A stretch of DNA of 64,000 nt, taken from positions 186,001-250,000 of the forward strand of contig MU008198.1 in assembly GCA_010909165.1 (NCBI GenBank), read 5' to 3'. Of this stretch, positions 1 to 12,900 are shown piece after piece (within the stretch, counting starts at the first letter, position 1; each line of letters begins with the position of its first letter). The stretch is from Anthoceros angustus. Lineage: Eukaryota; Plantae; Anthocerotophyta. The position numbers were made by a program, and so were the translations under genes. The notes under the pieces were generated by a model. That model worked only from the letters and a program-made list of their open reading frames with translations, did no database searches and was not told the DNA's origin.

Positions 1-931
1 ACAACGCAGCAGAGTTACACACCAGATCCCTTGAGCTCCTCGGTGCCAAGAAACGAATTCCCCACTGGACTTCAATGCCTACGAGCCATGAGGCCCCGAT
101 GCAGCAACGTGAACTGCCTGCAGTGTTCAGTTGGATACCGATACTGGAGCGTACAACGACCGCCTCACCTTTACAATTGCAGAGACTTTCAATTTTGCAT
201 TAGCCCGATGTGCGGATCATCAGAGGACGATCCCGATCCGTGCTCGTTGTTGGATGAGCCTGGCACGCCACATCGGCCACAGCACTTTGGACCTTCAACG
301 GATCGAATTTAATATTTGTTTTCTAAATCACCTTTTTGGGCTCTCTAAAAACATGTAAAAGGATAGAAAGATTTTCTAGTCGAGCTGGGTAGACGGAAAG
401 AACACTAGCCGGAAAGAAAGAAAAAATTAACAACAAGCCGGAAAGAGGGGAATAGACCCTAAACCCCTTACGAAAAACCAACCAAAAAGCCTTCAACCCC
501 CGCCGCTTACGCTTTCGGACTTGAGCCCAGGCCGCGCTTTCGGACTTCCAGGCCGGGCATGGCGCTAACGATCAAGCCTCATGCCGCAAGCCGCGCCTCA
601 TGACCGCAGCCTTTGGCCAGCAGCGCGGCAGTGTGGCGAAGAATCGACTGCACCAAACGAAGGCGAGGAGATCAGAAAACCATCAACCAAGGAGGGGAGG
701 ACACCAGGAAACCAACCGAAGGGCCCCAGGGAAGGGGGGAAGGGCAAAACGATTTGGAGTGAAGGGAGTTCCCGATATGTAGGAGGGAACATCCCTGGAA
801 ATTACCCCTAAACAAACGATTATTATCCGAAGCGGTGGATTAAAGGGTTTCACTCGATAGGTCCCGGAAGATGAATCCTGGTACATATGGGGGACTGGAT
901 TCATCGCCGATAAATTTCCACCCGTAAATTA

Positions 932-1410
932 AAATTAATTAAATCGGCCGACTGCTGGATAGGTAGTGCGTAGCGTATACGGGTGGCGCCCGGAAGGCCT
1001 TGGTCTTACACAACTGCGCACTCCAGGAAAGTGCTTGGCCCAATGCCTCTTCCGGAGAGTCCTTGCAAACACGAAGGACCTTGAAGCTGCTGCTTGTACC
1101 CAGGCATATGCTGGAGTTGTTAGCTTCAATAGGTAGTGCACCTGTTTTTCACGAAGTGTCTCTCGCTAGCCTCTCAATTCCTGGAAGGGGATTTCGGAAT
1201 TGGATTGACCGCCTATAAATTACATGGCGTCCACCAAAACAGCAAATTAAATCGGCCAACTGCTGGATACCCTGTAAGTCTGTATCCCAGCGACGCCCCA
1301 ACACACAAAACTAGAGTCCTTGCAAACACGAACCACCTTGAACCTCCTGCTTGCACCCGGGTTCGTCCTGCAGTTGTCAGCTTCGATAGTGCACCTGCTT
1401 TTCAAAATGG
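932..1410. repeat. Diverged ~310-bp direct repeat (two copies, ~932-1160 and ~1243-1410) just 3' of the MADS gene
   Basis: Both copies contain aaatta..aatcggcc.actgctggata and agagtccttgcaaacacgaa..accttgaa.ct.ctgcttg.accc.gg...agttgt.agcttc.atag..gtgcacctg.ttttca. Confidence 0.7.
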
Positions 1411-2534
1411 GTTTCCTTTAAACTGGAAACCCTCCTGGGCGGATCCGTCATAGGGCGGTGGGAGCGGATGAAGGGGGATGTTAGAAGGAGCAAACGCTTC
1501 ACGGAGGCCCATAACGGCGGTGCCATCTCTGGTACCCGCTGCAGCAGCGTCATATTGAGCTGGTAAGCTCATTTGATTCCCGTCATTAGTCTCCTGTAAG
1601 TTGAAAGCTCCTCCACGAGAATTGCAAAATTCTATCGCCGGATACATTCCATTCCGCTGCAGAAGCCCTACGCCTACATTCATTAGCGGTCCTTCAGACC
1701 CTGAAACCTGGTTTTCCTCGCCAGTCTGTAAACCGGGCAAAGATACCATCCTGTCCGGTCATGCACATGCAAGCAAGCTTCAGAGTGTGGCTTACTGGGC
1801 ACGAAGGCGGGAAACAAGGCAGCCAAAAGAGACAAGTGTTACATCGAGTTTGACAACAGGATATGTACGTACCCGGAGAGGCCTTCAAGATTAGGCGGCG
1901 GATAATTGGTCTGAAAGGGATCAGGGTTTTCGAAACCATAGTTCTGGTGCTGAGCTTGCTGCTGCAATGCCTGCTGCTGTGCTATCTGAAGGTGTCGATT
2001 CAGAATCTCATAATCGTTGTTCAGCCGACTCAACGCCTCTTGCAAACCCCCGAAGTCCGAAGCATTATCTACATCAAACGTTTGCCACCAGAAGCAGCAC
2101 CCATCGTTGGGCTGCTGGCCCTGGCCCTGGTCCGAAGTGCCATACGGACCTGCCCCTAATAACTTGCCCTCGTCAGCCATGCTGGACTGCTTGTCCTTCT
2201 CGCTGATGAGCTGCTCGTTAATTCCATTGTAACTCTGCTCCAAGGCCGTCAACCCTTCAAGTCTGGAGGGATCCACGTAGTCGGCCAGGTTGGGAGGATT
2301 TCCTTCGCGTTCTTCGATATTGTGCAAGTGCTTATCAACCACATAGTCCACATGGGGGCTGCCAAAGGAGAAGACCTTCCCTGCTTGCGAGAACACCACT
2401 ACCGCAATCTCCGCACCGCACAAGATTGAGAGCTCACTAGCCTTTTTGAACAATCCCCCCCGCCTTTTGGAGAAGCATACTTGCCGCGCGTTGGCATCGG
2501 CGATCTTGGCGATTTCTATCTTCTTCCTCCCCAT
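1402..2534 (-). CDS. Type I (M-alpha/AGL62-like) MADS-box transcription factor; exon 1 2534-1873, probable exon 2 1750-1402 (~336 aa)
   Basis: ATG at 2534 gives MGRKKIEIAKIADANARQVCFSKRRGGLFKKASELSILCGAEIAVVVFSQAGKVFSFGSPHVDYV. This is a canonical MADS box with the type I 'FSFGxP' tail, followed by a coiled coil and an 'FWWQ' motif, with no K-box. A donor GG|GTACGT at 1872 and an acceptor GGACAG| at 1751 join it in frame to ORF 1402-1749. Exon 2 is inferred; unspliced, the ORF ends at 1839. Confidence 0.85.
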
Positions 2535-2757
2535 GTTGCTCGGGCTCACTACGCGGAGAAGAATTGGAAAATTACACAAATTACACGCAAGAGTTAACTC
2601 CGAGATGAGAAAACGATCTCAATTTAGCCAACACACTCGCCTGCTCTTTTCAAGGAAGCGGGGAAGGAGGCTCGAGAGGACCCACTGCTGCCACACTACT
2701 TGCCCGAAGTGGCACCGCCTGCCTGCATGGAAACAAAAGTTGCTAAAGCGGCTTAGG

Positions 2758-2823
2758 GCTCATGCAATCCCTTGCCAACCGGAATTTATAGCAGAGCTCA
2801 TGCAATCCTAAACCGGAATTTAT
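2758..2823 (+). repeat. Two-copy ~30-bp direct repeat upstream of the MADS gene
   Basis: gctcatgcaatcc(cttgcc/ta)aaccggaatttat occurs at 2758 and 2796. Confidence 0.7.
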
Positions 2824-3324
2824 GAACACGACATTAGAATGTACACATCCATATGAAGGCGTCTGGTTCCTAGGGCCCTAGGGCAGCATGCTCGGTTTAG
2901 GCATGAATCCCGATTGGGAATAGCTGCCTCGGACCCACAAGCTCTTGATGAGGCAACCTCTTATGAGGAATCTACCTATTTCGACCTACTGCCTAATCGG
3001 GGATCCATGCCTAATCGGGCCGTCTGCTTATAGGGCAAGTCGAGCTGAGGCTGGCTGGCGGTGTCGTCGAGAATCCTCGGCAGCTCGGCGAGGTTGCTGG
3101 GTTGATGAGCAGCGCGTTTCCTTGGATATGCAGAAGGGTAACGGTGGCTCTCCTTCCAAGGCCAGCTCTCCGGATAAGTCTGAACCTGGCACGCCACAGG
3201 CAGACTGTCCTTTTTTCTCATGTCTGTTTTGTACTGTGCTAAAACTGCGTACAGCTGAGAAGGCTGTGGTTGTGGGTTGACGAGTTCAATGACCTCACTG
3301 TCAAACTTGGGTTCGAGTCGAATG

Positions 3325-3905
3325 CATATGAAGTTGGGGAACCATGTCTTGCGCATGTATGCATGTGGAGGTAGGCTACAGGAGGCCATGGTTGTGTTCA
3401 CCAGGGTAGGCAAACCAAATGCCATCATGCGGTTGTTAAATCTCCGCTGTTATGCTAAACATGGGAAATCTATCGTTAACGAAGCCAGACAACCGTACCT
3501 AGGGCCAGGCGTGAAGGTAGATGCCCGTCTTTGTAGCTGCTCAAGCTTCGGCATGGTGGACATGTATACGAAATGTGGCGAACCGAAAGCTGCACGCCAG
3601 GCCTTTTGACAGCTTGGCAGACGTGGTGGCATGGACGGTCCTGATTGCTGGGTGTGCAAATATTGGTCTCTGTCAAGAGGCACTTGTTCTACATGGAGAG
3701 ATGGGCTGATTGCGGCTGACCATGTTACTTTTGCTTGCCTTCCGAAGGCCTGTGCAAGTGTGGGTGCAGTACCAAGTGTGAGTGCCGAGGGGCAGGCAGC
3801 TGCACTCAGACATGGTGTAAAAATGGACAGCTACTTAAATACTGGTTGGAACTGCCTGGTGGACATGTATGCAAAATGTGATGAACTGGAAGATTACGCC
3901 ATGGG
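3325..3905 (+). pseudogene. PLS-class pentatricopeptide repeat (PPR) pseudogene fragment
   Basis: Typical PLS motifs are split over three frames: LGNHVLRMYACGGRLQEAMVVF, MVDMYTKCGEPKAARQAF/DSLADVVAWTVLIAGCANIGLCQEAL and DHVTFACLPKACASVGA...NCLVDMYAKC. Frameshifts and stops are present, and no E/DYW tail is visible. Confidence 0.8.
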
Positions 3906-6749
3906 TGTTGCTTCTGGGAAAGGGAACCGGTGATGGTGTGAATTTTTGCAGGCAGTTCTTGGTTCTTGTTTCGGATTTTGGCTGTAGGACAGGTGCAGTT
4001 AACAGTTGCTGCCCCTACAGCATTGGCGAGCATTGCGGAACCCAGCGGAAAAATGTGCGTATCACTTCTCATCAGAGTCATTGGCTGTGTTGCGTCGGTG
4101 TCGAACAAATAGTGCCTTCCCTTGATCCTTCTTGCTGGTATGCTTGCGTGTTTTGAGCGTTGCGTACGGTGTCTGGGTGTGTAGCAATATGGCCTTTGAT
4201 GGCTATTTCTTGAGATGTCCTGAACAGAGGGATGGCGTCCATGGGACGAATCTTTAGCAGTCCTCATCAATTCTCCTAACCTAATTTACTCTTGGAAGTG
4301 TAGGTACCAGCCTAGTGCCTCTGTCATGAAGAGGCATCCTAGCAAGAGGCATCCTCCCCGGGTGAATTATAGGGTAAGAAGTAGCACTGGCGTTGTGGTT
4401 CATGGTGTGAGCAGTTAGTGACCTGGTTTCATCCCACTCACAGTCGGTGTAAATCTTTTGCAGGTCACCAGTGGACATCTTGGATGGGTGAGATCTATAG
4501 CGTTTTACCCTAGCAATGAATAATCTTGCACAGAATCTGCCGACAGGACTATCAAAATAATGTCGTAGGGCAGCGTCCTTTTCTGAGTCCTGGGCAATAA
4601 GTGTGTCCTGCTCTTACTGATGCTACTACCGTTGAGTACGTTTTTTGAAACAAGTAAGGAGTCCTGATTGTAAATATTAGCCTGTAGTTATGCAACAGTA
4701 GTGCGTGGAGAATCACTCGTTCGTTGTATTGTCTGCAGTATATCACCTGTTGTTGCTCTGGCGGTTCTGACCCAGCAGACCATTGAACTGGTATTGAATA
4801 TTCTTTCTCATGTTGCAGGCTCTGCTATAGCCCCAAGTCGAGATATGTGGATGCTACTCCACGTGATGATTTTTTCTTTTTTGTGATATCAGATGCCGCT
4901 GATCTTCCATGTTGATTTACTGCATGTGTTTTTAACTGCCCGGGCCCAGAAATCTCTGGGCTTAAAGATCTGAGCTCGTGCACATGCTGTGAATCGTTAG
5001 TATTTCGCATATCAGCCTCTCGAGATTGTATATGCTGGAGGAGTACTTCCCCTTGGTTTTGTTCCCTCGAATCCTGGCCTTTCTGTTGTCGTCCTGGCCT
5101 TTCTGTTGTTCTCCTGCTAGAAGTCCCCTGGCCATGGATTGATAATGGTGATGTTGTAATGTGTTTCTCGAAGGGAGAAGTAGTGGGCTGTTTTCATGTC
5201 CTGCACTTGGATATTTCCTCATGTCAACCTTTAACTAGAGCACATGTAAAAGACCTGATTGCCGAGAGGTGGATGCTTGTGAACTTCCTTGAATGTCAAG
5301 ATCCGATCTTCTCATGTTTATATCCCCCTCAGCTAGAGATTCAATAGCCACTTGTTTCCAGGATCACCCCCTTACTGTTGCATATCTGCATGAGAGCTAA
5401 TGGCTTTGCGACCCAGACCATTCCGAGCATGCAATCACGGAAGGTCCAAGTCCCCATATTCAATATGGGGAAGGCATTCAACCAAATGTGTCTCGACCAT
5501 CCGGTAACCTGCCAGCCTTTGCACACATATCTACCAGGTTCATAGTGAACATTTTCTCTTATTGCAGGTATGACTGGCGTGATTGAGTGGTGGGGAACCT
5601 GGAGATATTCTTGTGTGTCACGAGCCTTAGTTATCCGGTTCCTCACCAAATCAGTCTGCAAATAACCATGTAAAACGCAACTCTGGGACTTATTTTAAGG
5701 CTGAGAAATGGCCAATGTGCCCAAGGTGTGAGTTTGTGGCCAAACAGTTTGGGCTAATCCGTGTCCCTTTGTGAACAAGTAGAAAGTGTCGGACGGTAGA
5801 CGGTAATACTTCACAATCCCGATGGAATACCATGCCCATGTAGTAATGAATCGCTACCGTCCACCAGCCCTTGATTGCAAGTCCAGCAGATCGTGAGCTA
5901 CTTTGTAGGCTTTTAGCGTGTCAACAGTTTTTCGTTAGTGTTGTCTTAACCGGCCCTGTTCTGCAGTGCAAATCCCTGTAAGCGCCTGGCCTTGAATGTG
6001 CACCGAGAAGGCCTTTTGCGTGTAGTGGTTTGGGCCTTAGATGACTTGTGGGTATCTGGCACATACTTGGTCCTATGTCTGTTCGTCATCCGGAGCAGCC
6101 TGAAAAGGTGCATCCGCAGACGAGCCGGCAACTTTCCTACACTGGTTTGTGATGTTTCAGAAATATGGAGCTGTTTCAATATCTCCCACTTTGGAATCAG
6201 ACAGGGGAACACTCCCCAGCTTCTCGATCATCGTAAACCTGAGTGAAGCGATGGATATGCGGGGTGATTCGTCGAGGAGACACGGCCAGGGTGGCCTCTC
6301 TTAGCCGTTTTGCTCTCCACTGGTTTGTCCTCCGTATATCCTATTTCCTCTGTTTGTCAAGTACTTGAGCTCTGTTCTCTCTAGCACGAATTATCAGCAA
6401 CAGCTACGCTAGATGGCTTGTTTTTGAGGAGCCGTGTTAAAACCTTGTGAGCATTCTTTGCAGCCAAGTTGTGAGCCTGTGTCCTGAAGTGCAGAAACTT
6501 GTATGAAAAAGCCTTCACGTACCGTGGAAGGTTGAAGCCATGGCCGATGGGATCACCAACTTATTATTGGTAGGCCGCCTTTTAGCGATAAGTGCCCAAC
6601 CTGGTGTTCACGGGGCGGTGACCGGTATACCCAGTGGCCCGGTCACCCGCTTCCCGTGTGGCGCACATTAGAACACACCGAACGCCTCGATCCTTCTGCT
6701 CGTCCACATCGCTCTGTGCGCGGGAGGCCATACATTCTGTCTCCAGGAC

Positions 6750-9248
6750 ATGAGGCTGCAGAGCGGCTGTGCGATACAAGGCCTATGCAAGGGCCAGTGC
6801 TGCGGGGGCAGGAATTGGGTGCCAAGGGAGGCCAGCAGGATGCTCATCTGCTCGCCGTTGGCAGACATGTCGCCCTCGGCCTCGCAGGCAGGCTCCCTCA
6901 TTCCGTATGTGTCATCTTTGCTGCCGCTGCATCTGCCTGTCGGTGCGGGGTTTAGGTTTGCTGGCCGTGCCGCTGACAGTAGCTCGGGAAGCTGGCATTT
7001 TGGGGGCCGGCTTCCTGGAGAGGTGCCTTCCACCTCCTATGCATTCTCCAGACAGCAATTTTGCTCCGGCTCTCTGCAGGGGCGGAATTGGAGGTCGTCC
7101 ATGAGCTTCTCGTGTTACTCTGCATCGCATTCTTGGTCGAGTGGGAGCGCCTCCTTGGACTCAGCGCCATCGGAGAGTCAGCTCGTTGCCGAGGAGCGGG
7201 ACTTGGTTTTCCACGAGTCGTTGCTGTGGACTGCGCTGAAGGAAAGGCGTACAGACGATGCCTGGCAGGCTTTGAAGGCGATGAGGCGGAAGGATTTGGT
7301 GCCAGGTGGGGCTTGCTTCAGCCGAATGGTAGCTCAACTTTGTCACCAGGGGACGTCTCTGAGCCTCACTCGTGCACAGAAGGTAATGGCTGATCTCCAG
7401 CAAATCGATAAGTTAGACGTTCTAGACAAAGATGCATTAGGGCTGCTGGCCGTTGCTTCCGTCAAGGGAGGGGCAGCACGCTATGCCCTAGGAGTTGTGA
7501 GGTTTATGCTTCAGAGAGGCTTGTATCCTCCGGTTAAAGTCTGGAGTGCTGTAATCAGCAGGCTTGGAAGGAGCATTGACGACTCGAAGACGGCATTGGA
7601 GCTTTTTGAGGAGATCTGCGAGCTCACGGGAAAAGATGACCGCCCTTACGGTGACTTGGTCCTTGTGAGGCCGGATACGGGGGCTTACAATGCTGCTTTG
7701 AATGCGTGTGCAACCGCAGGGCTTCTGGACAAGGGCATTGCCCTCTTCAAGGAGATTTTTGCACGGAAATTATCTCCGGATTTGCTCACATTCAACATCA
7801 TGATAAAGCTCTATGCCAGAGCAGAGCGACGTGGTGAACTGCAGAAGGTTTTGGAGCAAATGGTGGAAGCAGGAGTCCAGCCGGATGTGTCGACTCTCAA
7901 TTCTCTCGTGGCTGCCTTAGTGGGACTAGGGGACATTGACCAGGCCGAGAGGTTGGTGAGAGTGCTGCATTCTGCGGGGAACGGAGATGGACGTCTGGGA
8001 GAGGGCAGGAAGCCATCGACGGACCATCTGGAGGGCAAGTCCCAGTTATCTGTGCCAATGACAGACGATGGGGATCAGGGCAGGTTAACTGGAGACGGGC
8101 AGACCATTACAAGTGGTCTCGCAAATTCTGAGAGCAGTTCTCTTGAGTGGCTTACAAACATCAAGGTTAGACCTGATGCTCGTACGTACACTACCCTTAT
8201 GAAGGGGTATATCCAGAGTGGCAGATTGAAGGATGCCATTCAAGTTCTCGTTGCAATGCAGAATGGAGGAGACCCTGGAAGTCTTCCTAACGAAGTAACC
8301 TACACTACAGCTATGAGTGCTTTGATCAAGTTGGGTATGTTGGATGAAGCACGAACTGTTTTGCAGGAGATGGCTGACCAGAAGGTGCCGGCCAATATTG
8401 TCACGTACAATACTCTTTTGCAGGGATTTTGCACTTCCCAGCAGCTTGATAAGGCTCTCTCTCTAGTGGATGACATGGTAGGAAAGGGCATCCAGCTTGA
8501 TGTGGTCTCCTACAACACTCTGATCAATGGGTGTATCAAAGCAGATGACAATGCGCGGGCACTGGAGATGTTCCAGAAGATGAGGGATTCTGGAATTCTA
8601 CCGTCAGCTATTAGCTACACCACACTGATGACTGCGTTTGGGAAAAACCTGCAGCCGAAGTTGGCTGCTAAAGTGTTTGATGAGATGAGGAAAGATGATC
8701 GAATTAAAGTTGATGGCATTGCCTGGAATGCCTATATAGACGCATATTGCAGAGCAGGGGACATGAGCCAAGCTAGGAAGGCTTTCCAGATGATGAAAGA
8801 GGCAGGCATACTGCCATCCGTGGCTACATATAATATGCTAGTGCGGGGATACGCAGCCAAAGACCTTCATCAATCAGGGGAGGTTCTTGTGCTGTGGAAG
8901 GAGATCAAGGAACGCATCGAGGCCAAGCCCGGGGGTGGTACAGTGGCCATGAAGCCTGACGAAGGGTTGCTTAACTGCTTGGTGGACACCTGCGTGAGAG
9001 CCGGCTTTTTCCAAAAAGCCATTGAAGTGGTGGCTTGTATTGAACAGCATGGGATTCCTGCCAACAAAGCCAAGTACAAGCGAATGTTCATAGAGTTGTA
9101 TTCCAATCTCTACACTGGGAAGCATGCTTCCCAGCAAAGGCGGGACAGATCGAAGGACAGGCGTCGAGCTGTGGAGGCTTTCAAGTTTTGGGTGGGGTTG
9201 CCTAACAAATATTATGAGAGTGACTGGTCTCCCCTGAACAAGTCGTAG
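6750..9248 (+). CDS. HCF152: Chloroplast P-class PPR protein, HCF152-like (intronless)
   Basis: 832-aa ORF with a Ser-rich transit-peptide-like N-terminus and many P-type PPR motifs (PDTGAYNAALNACA, PDARTYTTLMKGY, ANIVTYNTLLQGFC). The C-terminus GKHASQQRRDR...AVEAFKFWVGLPNKYY matches the distinctive HCF152 tail as I recall it. The true start may be a downstream Met. Confidence 0.85.
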   Translation: MRLQSGCAIQGLCKGQCCGGRNWVPREASRMLICSPLADMSPSASQAGSLIPYVSSLLPLHLPVGAGFRFAGRAADSSSGSWHFGGRLPGEVPSTSYAFSRQQFCSGSLQGRNWRSSMSFSCYSASHSWSSGSASLDSAPSESQLVAEERDLVFHESLLWTALKERRTDDAWQALKAMRRKDLVPGGACFSRMVAQLCHQGTSLSLTRAQKVMADLQQIDKLDVLDKDALGLLAVASVKGGAARYALGVVRFMLQRGLYPPVKVWSAVISRLGRSIDDSKTALELFEEICELTGKDDRPYGDLVLVRPDTGAYNAALNACATAGLLDKGIALFKEIFARKLSPDLLTFNIMIKLYARAERRGELQKVLEQMVEAGVQPDVSTLNSLVAALVGLGDIDQAERLVRVLHSAGNGDGRLGEGRKPSTDHLEGKSQLSVPMTDDGDQGRLTGDGQTITSGLANSESSSLEWLTNIKVRPDARTYTTLMKGYIQSGRLKDAIQVLVAMQNGGDPGSLPNEVTYTTAMSALIKLGMLDEARTVLQEMADQKVPANIVTYNTLLQGFCTSQQLDKALSLVDDMVGKGIQLDVVSYNTLINGCIKADDNARALEMFQKMRDSGILPSAISYTTLMTAFGKNLQPKLAAKVFDEMRKDDRIKVDGIAWNAYIDAYCRAGDMSQARKAFQMMKEAGILPSVATYNMLVRGYAAKDLHQSGEVLVLWKEIKERIEAKPGGGTVAMKPDEGLLNCLVDTCVRAGFFQKAIEVVACIEQHGIPANKAKYKRMFIELYSNLYTGKHASQQRRDRSKDRRRAVEAFKFWVGLPNKYYESDWSPLNKS

Positions 9249-9839
9249 TGATCATCGGAAGTGTCATGTTCTGCAAGTGGGGGGGACTTGGGCTGCTGAA
9301 GTGACCTGTGAGTTAAACCAATCCACCCTGGTCGCTGCGCCTCAACCTTCTCTTGCTTGTCGGTGGCAAGGACTGGCCAGAGACTGATATTCTCTTACGG
9401 GCCATACTCTTGACCGGATAGAGCGGTCTGGTCAACTGTGGGAAGTAGCGACAGATTGTTGCGCCACGCTTCGGTTGTAGTGGTCAAGAGAGGGGCAGTG
9501 GTCATCCGATGCCGATCTCGAGATGCTGCAAGCTGACGTACCTTTGAGTGTAGACGACAACCATGGTCGGTAGTCCCTGAGCATTGGGCCGCCTTTGCTT
9601 TGTCTTCTTTTGCCTCCTACCTGCACTCTTCACGGTGCTGGTTTGTACAGTTATCCCTTTGTTAGTAGAAATTCGTCACCAAATTCGGGACTCCGATTCG
9701 ACGTTGGATCAGAAATTATATCGTGCTCTCTGGGTAAGTGACGGGGTAGCCTTGTCCTCTGTTCACTAATGCGATGGGGTGTATCCATCCCCTGGCCGCT
9801 GGTGGCTTCCCTCTTGTGAGGCACTTCGGGCCGCCTAAC

Positions 9840-12800
9840 ATAATATCTTTATTAGTTTTCTATAGTGGATGAATACAGGATCTTTGTTGTCGACCTCAAA
9901 AAGTGTTAAGGCCTTCAGGGTTGCTGGATATATGAATTTGTATATTAGGTGCTTCATTTATTCACTATAAAATATCTCTCATTTTAGAGAAACTAGAGGG
10001 ACAAGAACCTGGAGAGAAGGTTTGAAACTTGAACCTTGTTGTAAGGCCCTCAAAGTTACTTGGTATATGATTTCTACACAAAAACTCATATATTGACTAT
10101 AAAATTTTCTTAGTTTAAGGGATGGGAACGTTAGGAGTGGGCTTGAACTTCCAACCTTGAAGTTAACACCTTTCACAGAGGGTGGAACCTCCAACCTATG
10201 GAAAAATGTCTCAATTTAGAGATACTTAAGGGACAAGATCCTTGAGAAAGGCTTGAACCTCCAACCTTGAAGTTAACAACCACACAATCTAATAACAACT
10301 ACTACTTAAGCTTACTTCCTGTTTTTAATTTGCGTTAAATCTCACTAGGCCGAGAGAAACAAAATGTATCACGGTAAAGGTTGTAGGTTGTATGTGTGTT
10401 CAAATGAACACAAATTTATAAAAACGTCTTTGTTAAGCACCATGCGCATCTTGCGCGTAAATCAATACTTGAATGGGGTGCCTCGAGGGAAGGGATGCCA
10501 TTGGTGCAAGAAATTGGTAGTTAGATGGGGTGCCTAAACAGAAAGGATGCCCTAGGTGTAAGTAGTTTGGAACACACCATGGTGTAAGCAACGTTTGAAT
10601 ACTATCATAGATTCTTCATCTTCCAAAGATTGTAGTCGATGATTCTTCTTGTAAAGAGATTACCTATCGAGAAAGTTAGAACGCTCTCTCGGGTGTATGC
10701 AACATTCAAAAATCAAGAAGTTTCTTCGAAACCACCCAAATATTGAAAAAATATTAACCACAAGTGACCTTTTTTTACTTCATGTTAACAATATTTTCTA
10801 GACATCAAAGAAACTGAATAATTTCTAAGGGTTTCTAACAATTAACTGAACAATTTCTAAGGATTTCTGATCGTGTCCCATTTTTGAAAATTTATATGCC
10901 AAGTGAGCCTCCCTTCCCTCCAAGCACCCCATTCAAGTAGTGATTCACGCGTAGGATGCACATGGTGCTTAACAGCTCCCCCATTTCTACAGTTTCTAAA
11001 GAATTTTTTAACCTCGGCTGACTTATTTATTCAACTTTTTTTGCCATGTTGGATTATCGATGTAAACAATAGTTTCCCATACACGATCATATACTTTAAT
11101 GTATCGTTCTCCAACGAATAGTTTCCTTTAGGGGTCTCCTCCCTCAATGCCCTATTGTGGTTGGGACCATGGCATCTTGTATCGTACATAATTTTTTTCC
11201 ATAGTTTGCAATATCCTACTTAAATGTTCAAAAAATAAATATGTTTTTTACCAAATAAAAAATAATATATATTAAATAATAAGAAAAAGAATTTTTTTTA
11301 GCCCACTAAGCAAGGATGACCGTCATGGGATTACAATAGGATAGGTTCCCTTGTTTTGGAGCTGTTAAGAACATGTAATAAAATATGTCATGTAATGTAC
11401 ATAGGTTGTCATAAAAATTATTTTGACTAGTGTAAAGCTAAACTAAAACCTTAACCGTTCGGCAGATCCATTAGCTTCGACATTTCCACATGTAAATTCC
11501 ACATTCGCTGGAAGCAAAATGTTGTAGTTCAAGAATTTGGGAAAGGAAAGAAATCTTATTTAGAAAACCCGCACATTCAAATAGTATACGCCAAAAGCCT
11601 CTCTTGTTTTGTTATAGATTAGACAAAAATAAATAAAATGATTTTCCTATTCCTAATCCATGTTACAAAGCCCACATGGATGAGGAATAAGCCGTTCGGG
11701 AGTCACCATCTGTCCATCTCAATCCTAAGGCGATGAGACCTAAGCCTCATTTGATTTGTGAGCATCTTAATCTTAACTTGAAAGGCATGTGAGTGCAAAG
11801 GTAGTGAGAAAGAATCAGCTTCTCATACTTAAGAGACTAAACAGAAGAGTTGGTTATATGTCTGAAGTTTTGTAAGTAGACATGGAATCAAATAAAAGAC
11901 AAATTTACACTTGGCTTGCAACTTATTCCTAATACATCTATTACCGTAGAATAGACCACGGTTAGGCACCTTCGTATTGAACCTCTTATTTTAAATTTTC
12001 TGACTGCTTAGCTAGGATATGTTATAGATATTTTATTTTAGGAATCAAATATATTATAATAAATATATAAATATTAAGTACATCAATAGGTATTTACTTG
12101 AGAAGATCGCTATAACAATTAGAACACCGAAGATACAATTAAAGAGGCGGAAGGGAGGGAGACGAAGGAAAGGAGAAAGAAGGGCAAGGAGGAGGATGGA
12201 AGTGTATTTTGCGAAAAATGTATCATGGGGGCGAATGCTCACTTGACTTCTTAGTCTATTGGATACTTTGTCCAAGAACAAGAAAACTACTTTGCTTTAT
12301 TCTCCACTCTATATCGTACTCTCAATATGCTGGCAAAACTGTTGCAATGAAAACTTCAAACCAAGGACAAATCTCAAATCTCAATCCTCTTTCCTAGAGT
12401 TGATAAAAAGGATTAAAGATAGCTTGCTCAACAAGGTGTTAAAGAGTACACTCTTATCCAGCAATCATGTGTTTTGCCCAAGCTCAAGAAGCACGTATGT
12501 TGTCCATGAAAGAAGTTGAGGATGACATTGCTGCAAATAAGTGATCAACCAATCAATTTGCAGGAAAAAAAAAAGACAACTTGCAAGAGTGGACTTAAAG
12601 GCGGATGCAGGGAGGGTGAATAAAAAACAAAGACTTAATCAAAATTAGGGTTTCACGTAGGAAACCTGGCCAATGGGAGGGTACATACAAGAGGTTGAGC
12701 AAGGGTTCTTTACATGGCTTTTTCACTCCATCTAGTACTTTGAAAGAAAATACGAATGGGCAATTGTGAGGGGAACAACATAAGGGGAGCATGACATCTT

Positions 12801-12900
12801 GCACTATATCTGAGTATTATTTTATTAATTAAAATTATTCAAATTCATACTCTTGTTGATTAATTTATGCTTCATCAGTTTAACCAAAAAATTCTGTGAC
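9840..12900. mobile_element. AT-rich degenerate repeat, probably a non-autonomous TE remnant
   Basis: GC content drops abruptly between two GC-rich genes. There are internal imperfect repeats (gcttgaac.tccaaccttgaagttaac at ~10141 and ~10251) and no credible ORF. A motif ataggtatttactt..aagat.gcta at ~12087 recurs at ~38508. Confidence 0.4.

Noticed and set aside
4280-6600. Splice-acceptor-like sites and short ORFs upstream of HCF152
   Set aside because: No coherent reading frame or motif was found. It may be UTR or lncRNA but cannot be supported.
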